Source: Pedobacter sp. (GTDB lineage: Bacteria > Pseudomonadota > Gammaproteobacteria > Pseudomonadales > Moraxellaceae). Taken from it: a stretch of 64,000 bases of DNA. The notes under the pieces are model-generated. The model had not been told where the DNA came from and ran no database searches. It saw nothing but the letters and a program-made list of their open reading frames with translations. The stretch is from NCBI GenBank assembly GCA_031119295.1, contig JAVHYE010000001.1, positions 671 to 64,670 of the forward strand. Direction: 5' to 3'. The position numbers were made by a program, and so were the translations under genes. This document shows positions 47,469 to 58,100 of this stretch, in pieces (the stretch's first letter is position 1; the number at the start of each line of letters is the position of its first letter).

Positions 47469-50450
47469 ATGAGCACCGATCAAAAAGCTGCTGATTACAA
47501 GCCGACACTGAATTTGCCTGAAACCGGTTTTGCCATGAAGGCCAGCCTCGCCACGCGCGAGCCCGCCATGGTTGCTGTCTGGCAGGAAAAAAAGCTCTAT
47601 GAGAAAATTCGCGAAGCCCGTCGCGGTGCGCCCAAATACATCCTGCATGACGGCCCGCCCTATGCGAATGGCGATATCCATATCGGCCATGCTGTTAACA
47701 AGATACTCAAGGACATCATCGTCAAGTCCAAAACCCTGTCCGGTTTTGATGCGCCCTATGTGCCGGGCTGGGACTGCCATGGCCTGCCCATCGAGCTCAA
47801 TGTCGAAAAGAAGGTCGGCAAGCCCGGTCATAAAGTAACGGCCAAGGAATTCCGCCAGCACTGCCGCGATTATGCCCTGACGCAGATTGATCGCCAGCGT
47901 GATGCCTTCAAACGTCTCGGCATTCTGGGTGACTGGGAAAATCCCTATCTCACCATGGAGTTCGCGCAAGAGGCCGGCAACATCCGCACGCTGGGCAAGA
48001 TTGCAGCCAACGGCCACCTCTACAAAGGCTACAAGCCGGTGAACTGGTGTCTGGATTGCGGCTCGGCACTGGCCGAAGCCGAAGTTGAATACGAAGACAA
48101 GAATTCCGATGCCATTGATGTCGCCTTTCCGGTAACGCGTGCCGATATTCTGGCCAAGGCTTTTGCTCTGGATGTGGCTCAGATCGACGCACCGGCTTTC
48201 CTCGTCATCTGGACCACCACGCCCTGGACCTTGCCTGCCAACCACGCTATTTCTGTTCACCCGGAGCTGCCCTATGCGCTGGTGCGTGCGGAAAATGCCG
48301 AAGGCGAAGTGCAATTCCTGGTGCTGGCCGAGGCTTTGGTAGAGGGCGCACTGGAGCGCTTCGAGATGACTGGCAAGGTGCTCGCTACTACGAAAGGTGA
48401 GGCGCTTTGTAATACCGTGGTGGTGTTGCCGGAGCAGGGCCAGCCCGTGGGCGAAGTGACAAACATCATCGCTGAGCCTTATGTGCAGCATCCCTTTGCC
48501 AATACTGGTGGCAAACCGCGAGATGTCATCGTACTGGGTGGCGTGCATGTCACCGCTGACTCCGGTACCGGTCTTGTGCACACGGCGCCAGCGCATGGCG
48601 TGGATGACTTCAATGTCTGGAAGGGTGTGTCGCAAAAAGGCGCTGCGGCTGCACCAGAGTGGTTTGATCCGGAATTCACTACGCCCGTTGATGGCGGCGG
48701 TGTTTATCACACGGCAGAAACCTTTGCCTCGGGCCATGGCCAGCACATCCATAAGGCCACGGACACCATTTTCACGGCGCTGAAAGAGCGCTCGCGCGCC
48801 AATCGCAATCTGCTGCTGGCGTACAAGAAAATCCGCCACAGCTATCCGCATTGCTGGCGCCACAAAACGCCAATCGTTTTCCGCGCAACGCCGCAGTGGT
48901 TTATCGGCATGGAAACCAAGGGTTTGCGCGACGACGCCATGAAGGCGATTCCGGAAGTGAGCTGGACGCCGGATTGGGGTCAGGCCCGTATTGAAAACAT
49001 GGTGTCGGGTCGCCCGGACTGGTGTATTTCGCGTCAGCGCACCTGGGGTGTGCCGATTGCGCTTTTTGTGAGCAAGGCTACTGGTGAGCTGCATCCGCGT
49101 ACGCTGGAGCTGATCGAGCAAGTTGCTTTGCGTGTGGAAAAAACCGGTATCGATGCCTGGTTTGATCTGGAAGCGCGCGAACTGCTGGGCGATGAGGCCG
49201 AGCAGTATGAAAAAGTGCAGGACACCCTGGATGTATGGTTCGACTCCGGTGTCACGAACGACTATGTGCTGGAAAAGCGCCCGGAGCTGAGCTTCCCGGC
49301 GGATCTTTATCTGGAAGGTTCGGACCAGCATCGCGGCTGGTTCCAGTCTTCGCTGCTGGCGTCCTTGGCGGCCAAGGGCCAGGCGCCGTATCGCGGCGTA
49401 CTCACGCACGGCTTCACCGTGGACGGGCAGGGCCGCAAGATGTCCAAGTCCGTGGGCAATGTGATTGATCCGCAGAAAGTGATGCAGACTTTGGGCGCCG
49501 ACATCATCCGTCTCTGGGTGTCGTCCACGGATTATCGTGGCGAGATTGCGGTGAGCGAGGAAATCCTCAATCGCATGTCGGATTCCTATCGCCGTATCCG
49601 TAATACCTTGCGTTTCTTGCTCTCCAATTTGAATGGTTTTGAGCCTGAAAAGCATCTGGTGAAAACAGAAGACATGTTGGCTCTGGATCGCTGGGTGGTG
49701 GATCGCGCTGCGCTTTTGCAGCAGGAAATCCGCGCTGCTTTTGATTCTTTCCAGTTCCATCTGATTTACCACAAGCTGCACAATTTCTGTGTGCTGGAAC
49801 TGGGTGGTTTCTATCTGGACATCATCAAAGACCGCCAGTACACCACGCAGGTGGATTCACTGGCGCGTCGTTCGGCACAGACCGCTCTTTTCCATATCGC
49901 CGAAGCCTTCACGCGCTGGATGGCGCCCATACTCAGCTTTACCGCCGAGGAAATCTGGGCCGTGCTGCCGGGCCAGCGTTCCGAATCCGTTTTCCTGGAA
50001 GGTTGGTATGAAGGTTTGGTCACCTTGCCGGAAGGCAGCAGTGATATCACGCTGACACGAGCCTACTGGGATGAAGTGGCAGCGGTGAAAACTGCTGTGA
50101 ATAAAGAAATTGAAGAGGCACGTAATCGCAAGGAAGTGGGTGCGGGTTTGTCTGCTGAAGTGGACTTGTTCGTCTCACCGGAAAAGCAGAAGACGCTGGC
50201 AGCCATGGGCGATGAATTGCGCTTTGTGCTGATTACCTCGGCTGCTCGTCTTTCTCCGCTTGGCGAGCAGGGTGTGGCTACTGAAGTTGAAGGTTTGCGT
50301 GTGAAAGTCTCGCCATCGGCACATCAGAAGTGTGCGCGTTGCTGGCATTACCGTGCCGATGTGGGCGCCAATCCTGCGCATGCGGATATCTGTGCCCGTT
50401 GCGTGGACAACCTGCCGGAAGGCCGTGGCGAAGTGCGTCACTTCGCCTGA
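47469..50450 (+). CDS. ileS: Isoleucine--tRNA ligase
   Basis: 993 aa from the ATG at 47469. HIGH region [17 protein letters not shown] ([10 protein letters not shown]) and the C-terminal zinc finger CARCWHY...CARC. About 50 aa longer than the E. coli enzyme as I remember it. Confidence 0.97.
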   Translation: MSTDQKAADYKPTLNLPETGFAMKASLATREPAMVAVWQEKKLYEKIREARRGAPKYILHDGPPYANGDIHIGHAVNKILKDIIVKSKTLSGFDAPYVPGWDCHGLPIELNVEKKVGKPGHKVTAKEFRQHCRDYALTQIDRQRDAFKRLGILGDWENPYLTMEFAQEAGNIRTLGKIAANGHLYKGYKPVNWCLDCGSALAEAEVEYEDKNSDAIDVAFPVTRADILAKAFALDVAQIDAPAFLVIWTTTPWTLPANHAISVHPELPYALVRAENAEGEVQFLVLAEALVEGALERFEMTGKVLATTKGEALCNTVVVLPEQGQPVGEVTNIIAEPYVQHPFANTGGKPRDVIVLGGVHVTADSGTGLVHTAPAHGVDDFNVWKGVSQKGAAAAPEWFDPEFTTPVDGGGVYHTAETFASGHGQHIHKATDTIFTALKERSRANRNLLLAYKKIRHSYPHCWRHKTPIVFRATPQWFIGMETKGLRDDAMKAIPEVSWTPDWGQARIENMVSGRPDWCISRQRTWGVPIALFVSKATGELHPRTLELIEQVALRVEKTGIDAWFDLEARELLGDEAEQYEKVQDTLDVWFDSGVTNDYVLEKRPELSFPADLYLEGSDQHRGWFQSSLLASLAAKGQAPYRGVLTHGFTVDGQGRKMSKSVGNVIDPQKVMQTLGADIIRLWVSSTDYRGEIAVSEEILNRMSDSYRRIRNTLRFLLSNLNGFEPEKHLVKTEDMLALDRWVVDRAALLQQEIRAAFDSFQFHLIYHKLHNFCVLELGGFYLDIIKDRQYTTQVDSLARRSAQTALFHIAEAFTRWMAPILSFTAEEIWAVLPGQRSESVFLEGWYEGLVTLPEGSSDITLTRAYWDEVAAVKTAVNKEIEEARNRKEVGAGLSAEVDLFVSPEKQKTLAAMGDELRFVLITSAARLSPLGEQGVATEVEGLRVKVSPSAHQKCARCWHYRADVGANPAHADICARCVDNLPEGRGEVRHFA

Positions 50451-50460
50451 TGTTCGGAAA

Positions 50461-50982
50461 ATGAAAGTGAATCAAGTTGCTCGTAAAAATCTGCAATGGC
50501 TGTGGCTGGCTGTGCTGGTCATAGTTCTGGACTTGTCCAGCAAGGCTTTTGTCAGCGCGAATATGTTTTTGGGGCAGTCGATTGATGTGCTGCCTTTTTT
50601 CAGCTGGACGCTGGCCCACAATTACGGTGCGGCTTTCAGCTTCCTGCATGACGCCGGCGGTTGGCAGCGCTGGTTTTTTGGCGGTATCGCTTTGGTAGTG
50701 AGCGTGGGCATCGTGTTCTGGTTGACCAAATTGCCGGAAAAGGGCGCGCGCTTTCTGGCTTGTGCTCTGGTGCTGGTGCTGGGTGGTGCGCTGGGCAATC
50801 TTTATGATCGCGTGACCCTGGGTTACGTCGTGGACTTTATCCATGTGCATTACGGCAGCTGGCATTTCCCGGCCTTCAATATTGCTGATAGTGGCATCAC
50901 AGTGGGCGCCATCATGCTGATCATTGATTCGCTGTTCTTCGAGAAGGCGCGGGAAAAGCAGCGTGAGGCCGCCAATGTCTGA
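50461..50982 (+). CDS. lspA: Lipoprotein signal peptidase II
   Basis: 173 aa from the ATG at 50461. DLSSKAFV, NYGAAFSFL and FNIADSGITVGA motifs. Confidence 0.93.
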   Translation: MKVNQVARKNLQWLWLAVLVIVLDLSSKAFVSANMFLGQSIDVLPFFSWTLAHNYGAAFSFLHDAGGWQRWFFGGIALVVSVGIVFWLTKLPEKGARFLACALVLVLGGALGNLYDRVTLGYVVDFIHVHYGSWHFPAFNIADSGITVGAIMLIIDSLFFEKAREKQREAANV

Positions 50983-51469
50983 GCATATTCTTGACGGTCA
51001 GTCCGAGCGCATAGGCGAGGGCAAGAAAGTCACCCTGCATTTTTCCGTAGCCCTGGCAGATGGCACCGTAGTGGACACTACGCGCGAACGTGAGCAGCCA
51101 GCCGAGTTCACCGTGGGTGATGGCAGCTTGCTGCCCGGTTTCGAAAAGGCCATCTTCGGTCTGCAGGCCGGTGATCGCCGCTCCGTTTTCATTGATGCCA
51201 AGCGTGGTTTTGGCGACTGGAATCCGGATAACCAGCAGGTTTTCACCCGTGTGCAGTTCAGCGGCATGGATCTTGTGCCCGGCATGATGATTTCCTTTGC
51301 CGACAAGTCCGGCGAACTGCCGGGCGTGGTCAAGGAAATTGCTGACGAAACCGTGACCGTGGACTTCAATCATCCTCTGGCAGGCCGCGATCTCGTGTTC
51401 GAGGTCGATATCATCCGTGTCATGGATGCTGCCGCAAGCCCGGTCAGTCTGGCCAAGCCGGCCAAGTGA
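50975..51469 (+). CDS. fkpB: FKBP-type peptidyl-prolyl cis-trans isomerase (FkpB/SlpA type)
   Basis: 164 aa. [18 protein letters not shown]...[20 protein letters not shown]...[18 protein letters not shown]. 8-nt overlap with lspA. Classical lspA-fkpB-ispH order. Confidence 0.88.
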   Translation: MSEHILDGQSERIGEGKKVTLHFSVALADGTVVDTTREREQPAEFTVGDGSLLPGFEKAIFGLQAGDRRSVFIDAKRGFGDWNPDNQQVFTRVQFSGMDLVPGMMISFADKSGELPGVVKEIADETVTVDFNHPLAGRDLVFEVDIIRVMDAAASPVSLAKPAK

Positions 51470-51494
51470 GGCGCTCTTGATGGAGGGCAAGCAC

Positions 51495-52445
51495 ATGCAG
51501 ATCAAACTCGCCAACCCCCGTGGCTTCTGTGCCGGTGTGGATCGTGCCATCGAGATCGTCAATCGCGCCCTGGAGGTTTTTGGTCCTCCTATCTATGTGC
51601 GTCACGAAGTCGTGCACAACAAGTTCGTGGTGGATGATCTGCGCAATCGTGGCGCGGTCTTTGTGGAGGAGCTGCATCAGGTGCCGGACGACGGTGTCGT
51701 GATTTTCTCTGCCCATGGCGTGTCCAAGGCTGTACAGGCCGAGGCGGCGCGGCGTGGCCTCAAGGTATTTGATGCCACCTGCCCCCTGGTGACCAAGGTG
51801 CATATGGAAGTCACCCGCTACGCCAAGACCGGAACCGAGGCCATCCTCATCGGTCATGAAGGTCATCCCGAAGTCGAAGGCACCATGGGCCAGTACGACC
51901 GCAGCCAGGGCGGTGACATCTATCTGGTCGAGGACGAGGCCGATGTGGCCGCCCTCAATGTGCGCAATCCCCAGAAGCTGGCCTTTGTCACCCAGACCAC
52001 CCTGTCCGTGGACGACACCGCCAAGGTGATCACTGCCCTCAAGGCCCGCTTTCCGGCCATACACGGTCCGCGCAACGACGATATCTGCTACGCCACCCAG
52101 AACCGCCAGGATGCCGTGAAGCAACTGGCCGGCGATGCTGACATCGTGCTGGTGGTGGGCTCGCCCAACTCTTCCAATTCCAACCGCCTGCGCGAGCTGT
52201 CCGAGCGCATGGGTACCCGAGCCTATCTCATCGACAACGCCGACCAGATCGAACGCAGCTGGCTGGACGGGGTCAAGGTGATAGGGCTCACGGCTGGCGC
52301 CTCTGCCCCCGAAGTGCTCATCAAGCAGGTGATTGACCGCCTGCGTGAGTGGGGAGGTGACATTCCTGAGGAGTTGGACGGACGTCCTGAGCACATGGTC
52401 TTCTCCATGCCCAAGGAATTGCGCATTCCCACCCGTTCTGTCTGA
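51495..52445 (+). CDS. ispH: 4-hydroxy-3-methylbut-2-enyl diphosphate reductase
   Basis: 316 aa from the ATG at 51495: [41 protein letters not shown]. Confidence 0.96.
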   Translation: MQIKLANPRGFCAGVDRAIEIVNRALEVFGPPIYVRHEVVHNKFVVDDLRNRGAVFVEELHQVPDDGVVIFSAHGVSKAVQAEAARRGLKVFDATCPLVTKVHMEVTRYAKTGTEAILIGHEGHPEVEGTMGQYDRSQGGDIYLVEDEADVAALNVRNPQKLAFVTQTTLSVDDTAKVITALKARFPAIHGPRNDDICYATQNRQDAVKQLAGDADIVLVVGSPNSSNSNRLRELSERMGTRAYLIDNADQIERSWLDGVKVIGLTAGASAPEVLIKQVIDRLREWGGDIPEELDGRPEHMVFSMPKELRIPTRSV

Positions 52446-52697
52446 CAATTTAGTGACCAAAGGGCCTGTTTCCGGTGTCATCGGCGCCGGAAAATCGCCC
52501 ATCGCCATGGGCGTCCGTCCGTCTCGCAATCGCGCTAAGTCACTGAAATTTGAACCGCTTCACGCCTTGTGAACACCCGTTTCCACTGGTCTCCCTCTTT
52601 TCGCCGGCCATCCTGTTGACCGTTGTGACTGACAACGGCTCTCACTAAGGTTCACACATCCGAGAAGGGTTTCTCTTTTGTCACTTTTGGACGGGAT

Positions 52698-53294
52698 ATG
52701 TCAGTGCGCAAGAATTGCGGTTTTACGGTGGTTGAGCTCATCACGGTCATCATGATCGTTGGTGTTCTTGCTGCTGTTGCTGTTCCTTCCTTCAAGACCC
52801 TACGCCTTAATAGTCAGATATCAGCCATGTCCGGCGATATGGCGGCCACGCTGAGCCAGGCACGTAGCTTGGCGATTTCCAAACGCACAACTGTTTTTGT
52901 CATTCAGGGAGCGGGCACCGGGACGACAGATGTTGCAGTTGGTGCCGATTGGAATGGTGGATGGCGGATTCTTCGCGGTGCGACTCTGGCTGCTGCCGTT
53001 CAGGTCACTCGAGTGCAGCGTATGGGGAGCAACACGGATGTCCGTCTTCAGGTTAACGGGGGTTCTGTTGATTCTGCCGGGACAATGACCGGGACTGCAC
53101 TTAATGGCTTTGCATTTAATAACTTTGGGCAATTGATGCTAACCGATGCGACTACTGCGCTTACTCAGGCGGCTATGATCATTTGTGTTGCAGACGGTAT
53201 TTCAACCTCTGAAAACGGTCGGGCAATTTCGATCTCACGCTCAGGGCGCGTTAGTAACCAGGCAGTCACCAATCCGGCTTCATGTGGGTCATAG
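52698..53294 (+). CDS. fimU: Type IV pilus minor pilin, GspH/FimU family
   Basis: 198 aa with the prepilin signal MSVRKNCG|FTVVELITVIMIVGVLAAVAVPSF. First gene of the minor-pilin operon. Confidence 0.8.
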   Translation: MSVRKNCGFTVVELITVIMIVGVLAAVAVPSFKTLRLNSQISAMSGDMAATLSQARSLAISKRTTVFVIQGAGTGTTDVAVGADWNGGWRILRGATLAAAVQVTRVQRMGSNTDVRLQVNGGSVDSAGTMTGTALNGFAFNNFGQLMLTDATTALTQAAMIICVADGISTSENGRAISISRSGRVSNQAVTNPASCGS

Positions 53295-53296
53295 CA

Positions 53297-53842
53297 ATGA
53301 AAGAAAAAATCGGGAATAAGCACTTATTCTTGCTAGGAAAGCGGATCCAATCCGGTGTCTCCTTGCTCGAAATTTTGATTGCATTATTGATTACCTCGGT
53401 AGGTCTCCTTGGTTATGCGGGCTTGCAGTCACGTGCATTGTTGGCCACGGAGGATACCTATCAGCGAGTGCAAGCAACCAGTATTGCTCAGGAAATTATC
53501 GATCGCATGCGCATGAATGGCATGGTGGCTGGCATGCAAAGCAATGCGGCAGCTAATCCGAGTGTGGCGGTATACACCGCTGCAAGTAACTGGACTGGGG
53601 GGATTCCTACTCAGAATTGCTTCAATAGTACTTGCGCGGGACCGGCGATGGCTTTGTACGATATTGGAGAGATTCGGCGAATGGTGGCTGCAGGAAGTAA
53701 TCTGCCTAGTGGCAGTGCCATTGTTGCGACATGTGGCGCTAAGGTCTGCGCCTATGTGGCTTGGGGTAGTACCACTGCCTCAGATTGTGCCGCGGCCAAT
53801 GATAATAACATTAATGAATGTGTAGTGGTGCAGGGAACATGA
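53297..53842 (+). CDS. pilV: Type IV pilus minor pilin PilV
   Basis: 181 aa from the ATG at 53297 with the prepilin motif QSG|VSLLEILIALLITSVGLLG. Second position in the operon. Confidence 0.8.
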   Translation: MKEKIGNKHLFLLGKRIQSGVSLLEILIALLITSVGLLGYAGLQSRALLATEDTYQRVQATSIAQEIIDRMRMNGMVAGMQSNAAANPSVAVYTAASNWTGGIPTQNCFNSTCAGPAMALYDIGEIRRMVAAGSNLPSGSAIVATCGAKVCAYVAWGSTTASDCAAANDNNINECVVVQGT

Positions 53843-54633
53843 TCATGTCTACCTCACGTTTCAGGCAGTCCGGGTTAAGCCTGATTGAGCTTATGATCTC
53901 TGTGATATTGGGATTGTTGCTTGTTGCCGGTGCGACACAAATATTCTTGGCTAATACCCAAGCATTTCGCCTGCAGGACAATATTTCCAGGACGCAAGAG
54001 TCAGGGCGGCTGGGGCTAGAGATTCTGCTTGCTGATTTGCGCCGGGCAGGCATGGACTACAGCAATGTTGATGCAGTCGTCGGCGCCAATGGTTCTGCAA
54101 CGGTAGCAACTAACACCGGTCTTTTGACAAATAGTGATGAAGTGACAATCAAATACACGGTTCCTGATGAAATTGGTGCAATGAGTGACTGCGAAGGAAA
54201 TACAGTTGCTCCGGGAAGTATAGTTACAAATAGATACTTCGTAAAAATGGATACTAATCCTGCAATTCCTGCACTTTTTTGTTCGGGAAGTGGTGGTGCT
54301 GGAACCGCTCTGGTGCGAGGAGTTGAAAGTTTTCAAGTGCAATATGGGGTTGCGGATGCCGCATCTGTCGGAAACGGTTTCATTTCAGCTGAGAAGTATG
54401 TCACAGCCGGTGCGGCGACCTTAGTAAACGTGGCGTCCATCAGGGTTGGCTTGCTGATGCGCTCTGAGGCCTCGGTGCAGGGCCTTGTTGCCCCAAAAGA
54501 TTCGATTGTGGTGCTTGATACCACGGTTACCGATACGGCTCTTGCTGCTGTAAAGGTTAACGGCTCGTTTCCCATTCATCGCTACTTCAGTGGAATGGCT
54601 GTAATGCGCAATGCTGTTAAGGGGACTCTCTAA
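53839..54633 (+). CDS. pilW: Type IV pilus minor pilin PilW
   Basis: 264 aa. The ATG at 53839 overlaps the pilV stop (ATGA). Prepilin motif QSG|LSLIELMISVILGLLLVAG. Confidence 0.8.
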   Translation: MIMSTSRFRQSGLSLIELMISVILGLLLVAGATQIFLANTQAFRLQDNISRTQESGRLGLEILLADLRRAGMDYSNVDAVVGANGSATVATNTGLLTNSDEVTIKYTVPDEIGAMSDCEGNTVAPGSIVTNRYFVKMDTNPAIPALFCSGSGGAGTALVRGVESFQVQYGVADAASVGNGFISAEKYVTAGAATLVNVASIRVGLLMRSEASVQGLVAPKDSIVVLDTTVTDTALAAVKVNGSFPIHRYFSGMAVMRNAVKGTL

Positions 54634-55124
54634 TGATCCTTGGTGCAACCATGAAAAATCAATCTGGTATTGCTTTGTTCGTATGTTTGGTCATTTTACT
54701 GTTGTTGTCATTGCTCGGCATAAGTGCCATGAGGATGATGACAAGCCAAAATATGATTGCTGCTAGCTCTCAAGGTGCTGATATTGTTTTTGACGCTGCA
54801 GAAACCGGAATTAACAAGGCCATAGTTGATGCTCAGGCGGCGGCCAAAGCGAATGGCGTGAAATATACGGCGATGAGTCCTGTGGCTAGTGCTCCTTACC
54901 CGTCTGATGATAAGGGCATTACAACAGTAAGTGTTGATATTTCTGTGCCTGTGGATGCTTCCCCTGCTGCTCGACAGCGCATACTGGAGGCGCGGGCGGA
55001 GGCTGGAGCGTTCGGCACTGATTCGGTTACGCCAACATTTGTCCGATTTACCTCAACAGCGACTGTTGATGCGCTTGATATAAAAGTTTCTCACACTCAA
55101 GACACCCTTGTCTTTTCCATGTAA
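54633..55124 (+). CDS. pilX: Type IV pilus minor pilin PilX
   Basis: 163 aa. TAATG overlap with pilW, SD aagggga. PilX_N-like QSGIALFVCLVILLLLSLLGISAMRM (no Glu5, as is typical for PilX). Confidence 0.7.
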   Translation: MILGATMKNQSGIALFVCLVILLLLSLLGISAMRMMTSQNMIAASSQGADIVFDAAETGINKAIVDAQAAAKANGVKYTAMSPVASAPYPSDDKGITTVSVDISVPVDASPAARQRILEARAEAGAFGTDSVTPTFVRFTSTATVDALDIKVSHTQDTLVFSM

Positions 55125-55140
55125 TAAGCCGGAGGCAGCC

Positions 55141-58100
55141 ATGCGCAGCTTCAAAAAAACAAGTTATGCCATGCTGGCATTCTTCTATATGTTCTCTGCT
55201 ACTTCTCCCGTTTATGCGGATGACTCCGAGATATATATGGGAGGAACTAGTTCTGCTGCGGGTAATCCGAATGTATTGATGCTGATTGATACGTCAGGCA
55301 GTATGAAGTGGAATATGACTAATGACAAAACAGCTAGTGATACAAATAATGCACGTTATACACATCTGAAGAAGGCAGTAGAAAAGATACTTTCAACTTT
55401 GCCAGGAAATATTCGCGTAGGCTTGGCACGCTATAATGAAGATGCGCAAGGCGGGCGCATAATTTATCCGCTGACTATTCTGGATGCGCCGGCAGGATCC
55501 AACTCTGATGGTTCACAAAGTCGGAGCTTCCAGATAAAGAACCCTGCTACGGATGATGTTCAGCAGACTGGCGCTGCTGGTAGTACGATGGTGACAAATG
55601 GTACAACGTTAACTGTTGGTGGTATTGATACATCTGTTGTTATGACTGCTGCTTCGGATGGTTCTGTGCAGTGCAACACGGCTACAGCGCCACTCCCTTA
55701 TGTTGGAAGTGCCTCCTCTATTAAGGGGCTCTATATTGGAAATCATCCTACCAAAGTCGGTACCACATTTTGCCAATCCAATCTTGGCTTGAGGTTTACC
55801 AATATTCCCATTCCTCCTGGGGCTACTATCGGCAGTGCCAAACTTATTTTGACCCATGCGGGTGAAACAACAGCGGCGCCTTCCGGTTGGACGGGAACGA
55901 CTGATAGTGATGTGCCATTGAGTTTCAAGGTGGCCATTCAAAATACGGGCTCGACGACCGCAGCTAAGACTTTCTCTGCGACTGCCGGATCCGCGGATCT
56001 GGTTAATGGTTCTGGCCGTGCCTATGAGACCACAAAGGTCAACGCTAGCCTTGCTAATGAGGAGTTCACTTCGGATGGCGACATAATGTCAATTGATGTT
56101 ACGAGCCTGGTTCAAACGCGTGTTTCAGCAACGAGTACTTGGGATGCAACTGATGCTACAAAGAGAGCATTGGTTTTTCGGGTGGAGGGCAACTCTGGAG
56201 ATGGTGGTGTTGTAACTACTGTGCAGTGCACAAAAACAAACTGGTTTGGGCAATGTACGCAAACTAGCACGATAACCACTGATGCCCCAAAAATACGTCG
56301 TATTTATGGATTCCATGATACGCCTGCTTATGCGCCGAAGTTAGTGCTTAGTTATATAGCTGCTGGTACTAGCAATACAGTAGGCGTGCGTTTTTCTGGG
56401 GTGGATATTCCCAAGAATGCAACGATTAATAGCGCTTATTTACAGGTAACTGCAGCTGTTGATAGTTCGACCCAAGGGCCTGCTGCGTCCTTTGCACTTG
56501 CGACTGACGCGCTTGATGCTACCTATTCAAATTCATTGCCACTAAATACAACTAATCATTTGTATAGCTCGCGCTGGGGCTCGGAAGGAACAACGATTAA
56601 TCCGAGCGCATGGACAAAAGATCAGAGCTATCAGCTTGATGTCAAGCAGCTTTTGCAATCTCATGTGAATTATTCTGGATACTGTGGTTCCACGGATGTA
56701 ACCGGAAATAATGCTGTCGGATTTCGTGTTCGTGCATTGGATAATACTGGTGCAAGAACGATTTACAGCTATGACGGAGATCCAGCAAAAGCTCCACGTC
56801 TTGTTGTCAATTATACTGCTCCTACCAGTGGTAGTTGTGTGCAGTTACGACGCTCGTATTCAGTGTCTGGCAGTGCCAATGATGCATCTCAAACAGGTAC
56901 CAATAATAATGTTCTGAATGAGGAAAAGGTAACGTTAGGCTCAAGCAATCGTGTAGGTATGCGGTTTGAGGGTTTTGCAATACCGCAAGGGGCTGAAATT
57001 GTCGAGGCGGTATTAACGCTAACCCCTGCAAATAGTACGGCGTCAGCACTTACAGTTAAGGCAATGGACACCAACGATCAGGCTGTGTTTGTAAACAATG
57101 CTAGCAAGCTGAGTAATATGGCACTGACGACAGCTTCAGCCACCTGGACACCAGCGTCATGGTCGAGTGGTGTTGCTAGTAATAGTGTTAATTTGAAAAG
57201 TGTTGTGCAGGCAGTTGTTAATCGCTCGGGTTGGGTTTCTGGTGGTGCGCTAGGCCTGATGCTGACGGGAGGGGGCTCCCAGATTTATATGGCAGATACA
57301 ACCTCTGCCTCTCGTCGGCCGACCTTGGTAGTGATTTATAAGTCGACGAACGCTAATGACGGTATATCTACTGCTCGTCAAGTGCTGATTGATACGGTTA
57401 ATGGTTTGGACTTCCCGAGTAATACGCCGCTGAATGAGAGCTACTATGAGACGGCGCTTTACATGATGGGGCAGAGTGCGCTGTATGGTCGAGCATATGA
57501 TCCTACAGTTGGCAGCTATTTGAAGTATCCGAACTCAGCACCTGCGATGAATTCAGCGAATTTATACCAGTCCCCTGTGGGAGAGGCTTCATGCCAGTCC
57601 AGCAATATCATTGTATTGACTGACGGTGCTCCTACGGCTGATGATGATAATCCCTCTTTGGGTGCCGGCACATGCAATAGCCCATTTGCATGTATGAAGA
57701 AAACTGCCCGTTATCTGGCTGAAACTGGGCGTAATGGCTTTGGCATAAAGACATATACGATTGGATTTGGGCCGGTGGCGGATAAAAATAATTCGTCCTT
57801 TAGCCAGACTGCATACGATGGCCTGGACGAAACGGCTGCAGCGGGTCAGGGTGAGTTCTTCTTTGCGACAGATGGAGATGCTCTTGCGGCGAGCTTCCAG
57901 GCTATTTTTGCGCGCATATCTGATAGTAACGGAACTATGGCGGCACCTGGTGTTGCTGTGAGTCAGTTGAATCGCTCGCAACATCTTGATCAGCTGTACT
58001 TTGGTGTCTTCAAGCCTAAAACGCAGAAGCGCTGGCCTGGAAATCTCAAGCGTTACAGGTATGACGACAATACTGGCAAGATTGTGAGCTACATAACGGG

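Noticed and set aside
46434-49781. A 1115-aa ORF on the minus strand, antisense to ribF and ileS
   Set aside because: The sense strand encodes unmistakable RibF and IleS (HIGH and KMSKS motifs). The antisense product is His/Arg/Gln/Gly-rich low complexity with no motifs. In GC3-rich genes the antisense frame rarely meets stops because the sense codons TTA, CTA and TCA are rare.
52446-52697. Sigma-54 (-24/-12 GG-N10-GC) promoter or a clear AlgR box upstream of fimU
   Set aside because: By eye I found no TGGCAC-N5-TTGC-like element, and only a partial resemblance to the AlgR core, which is too weak to report as a feature.
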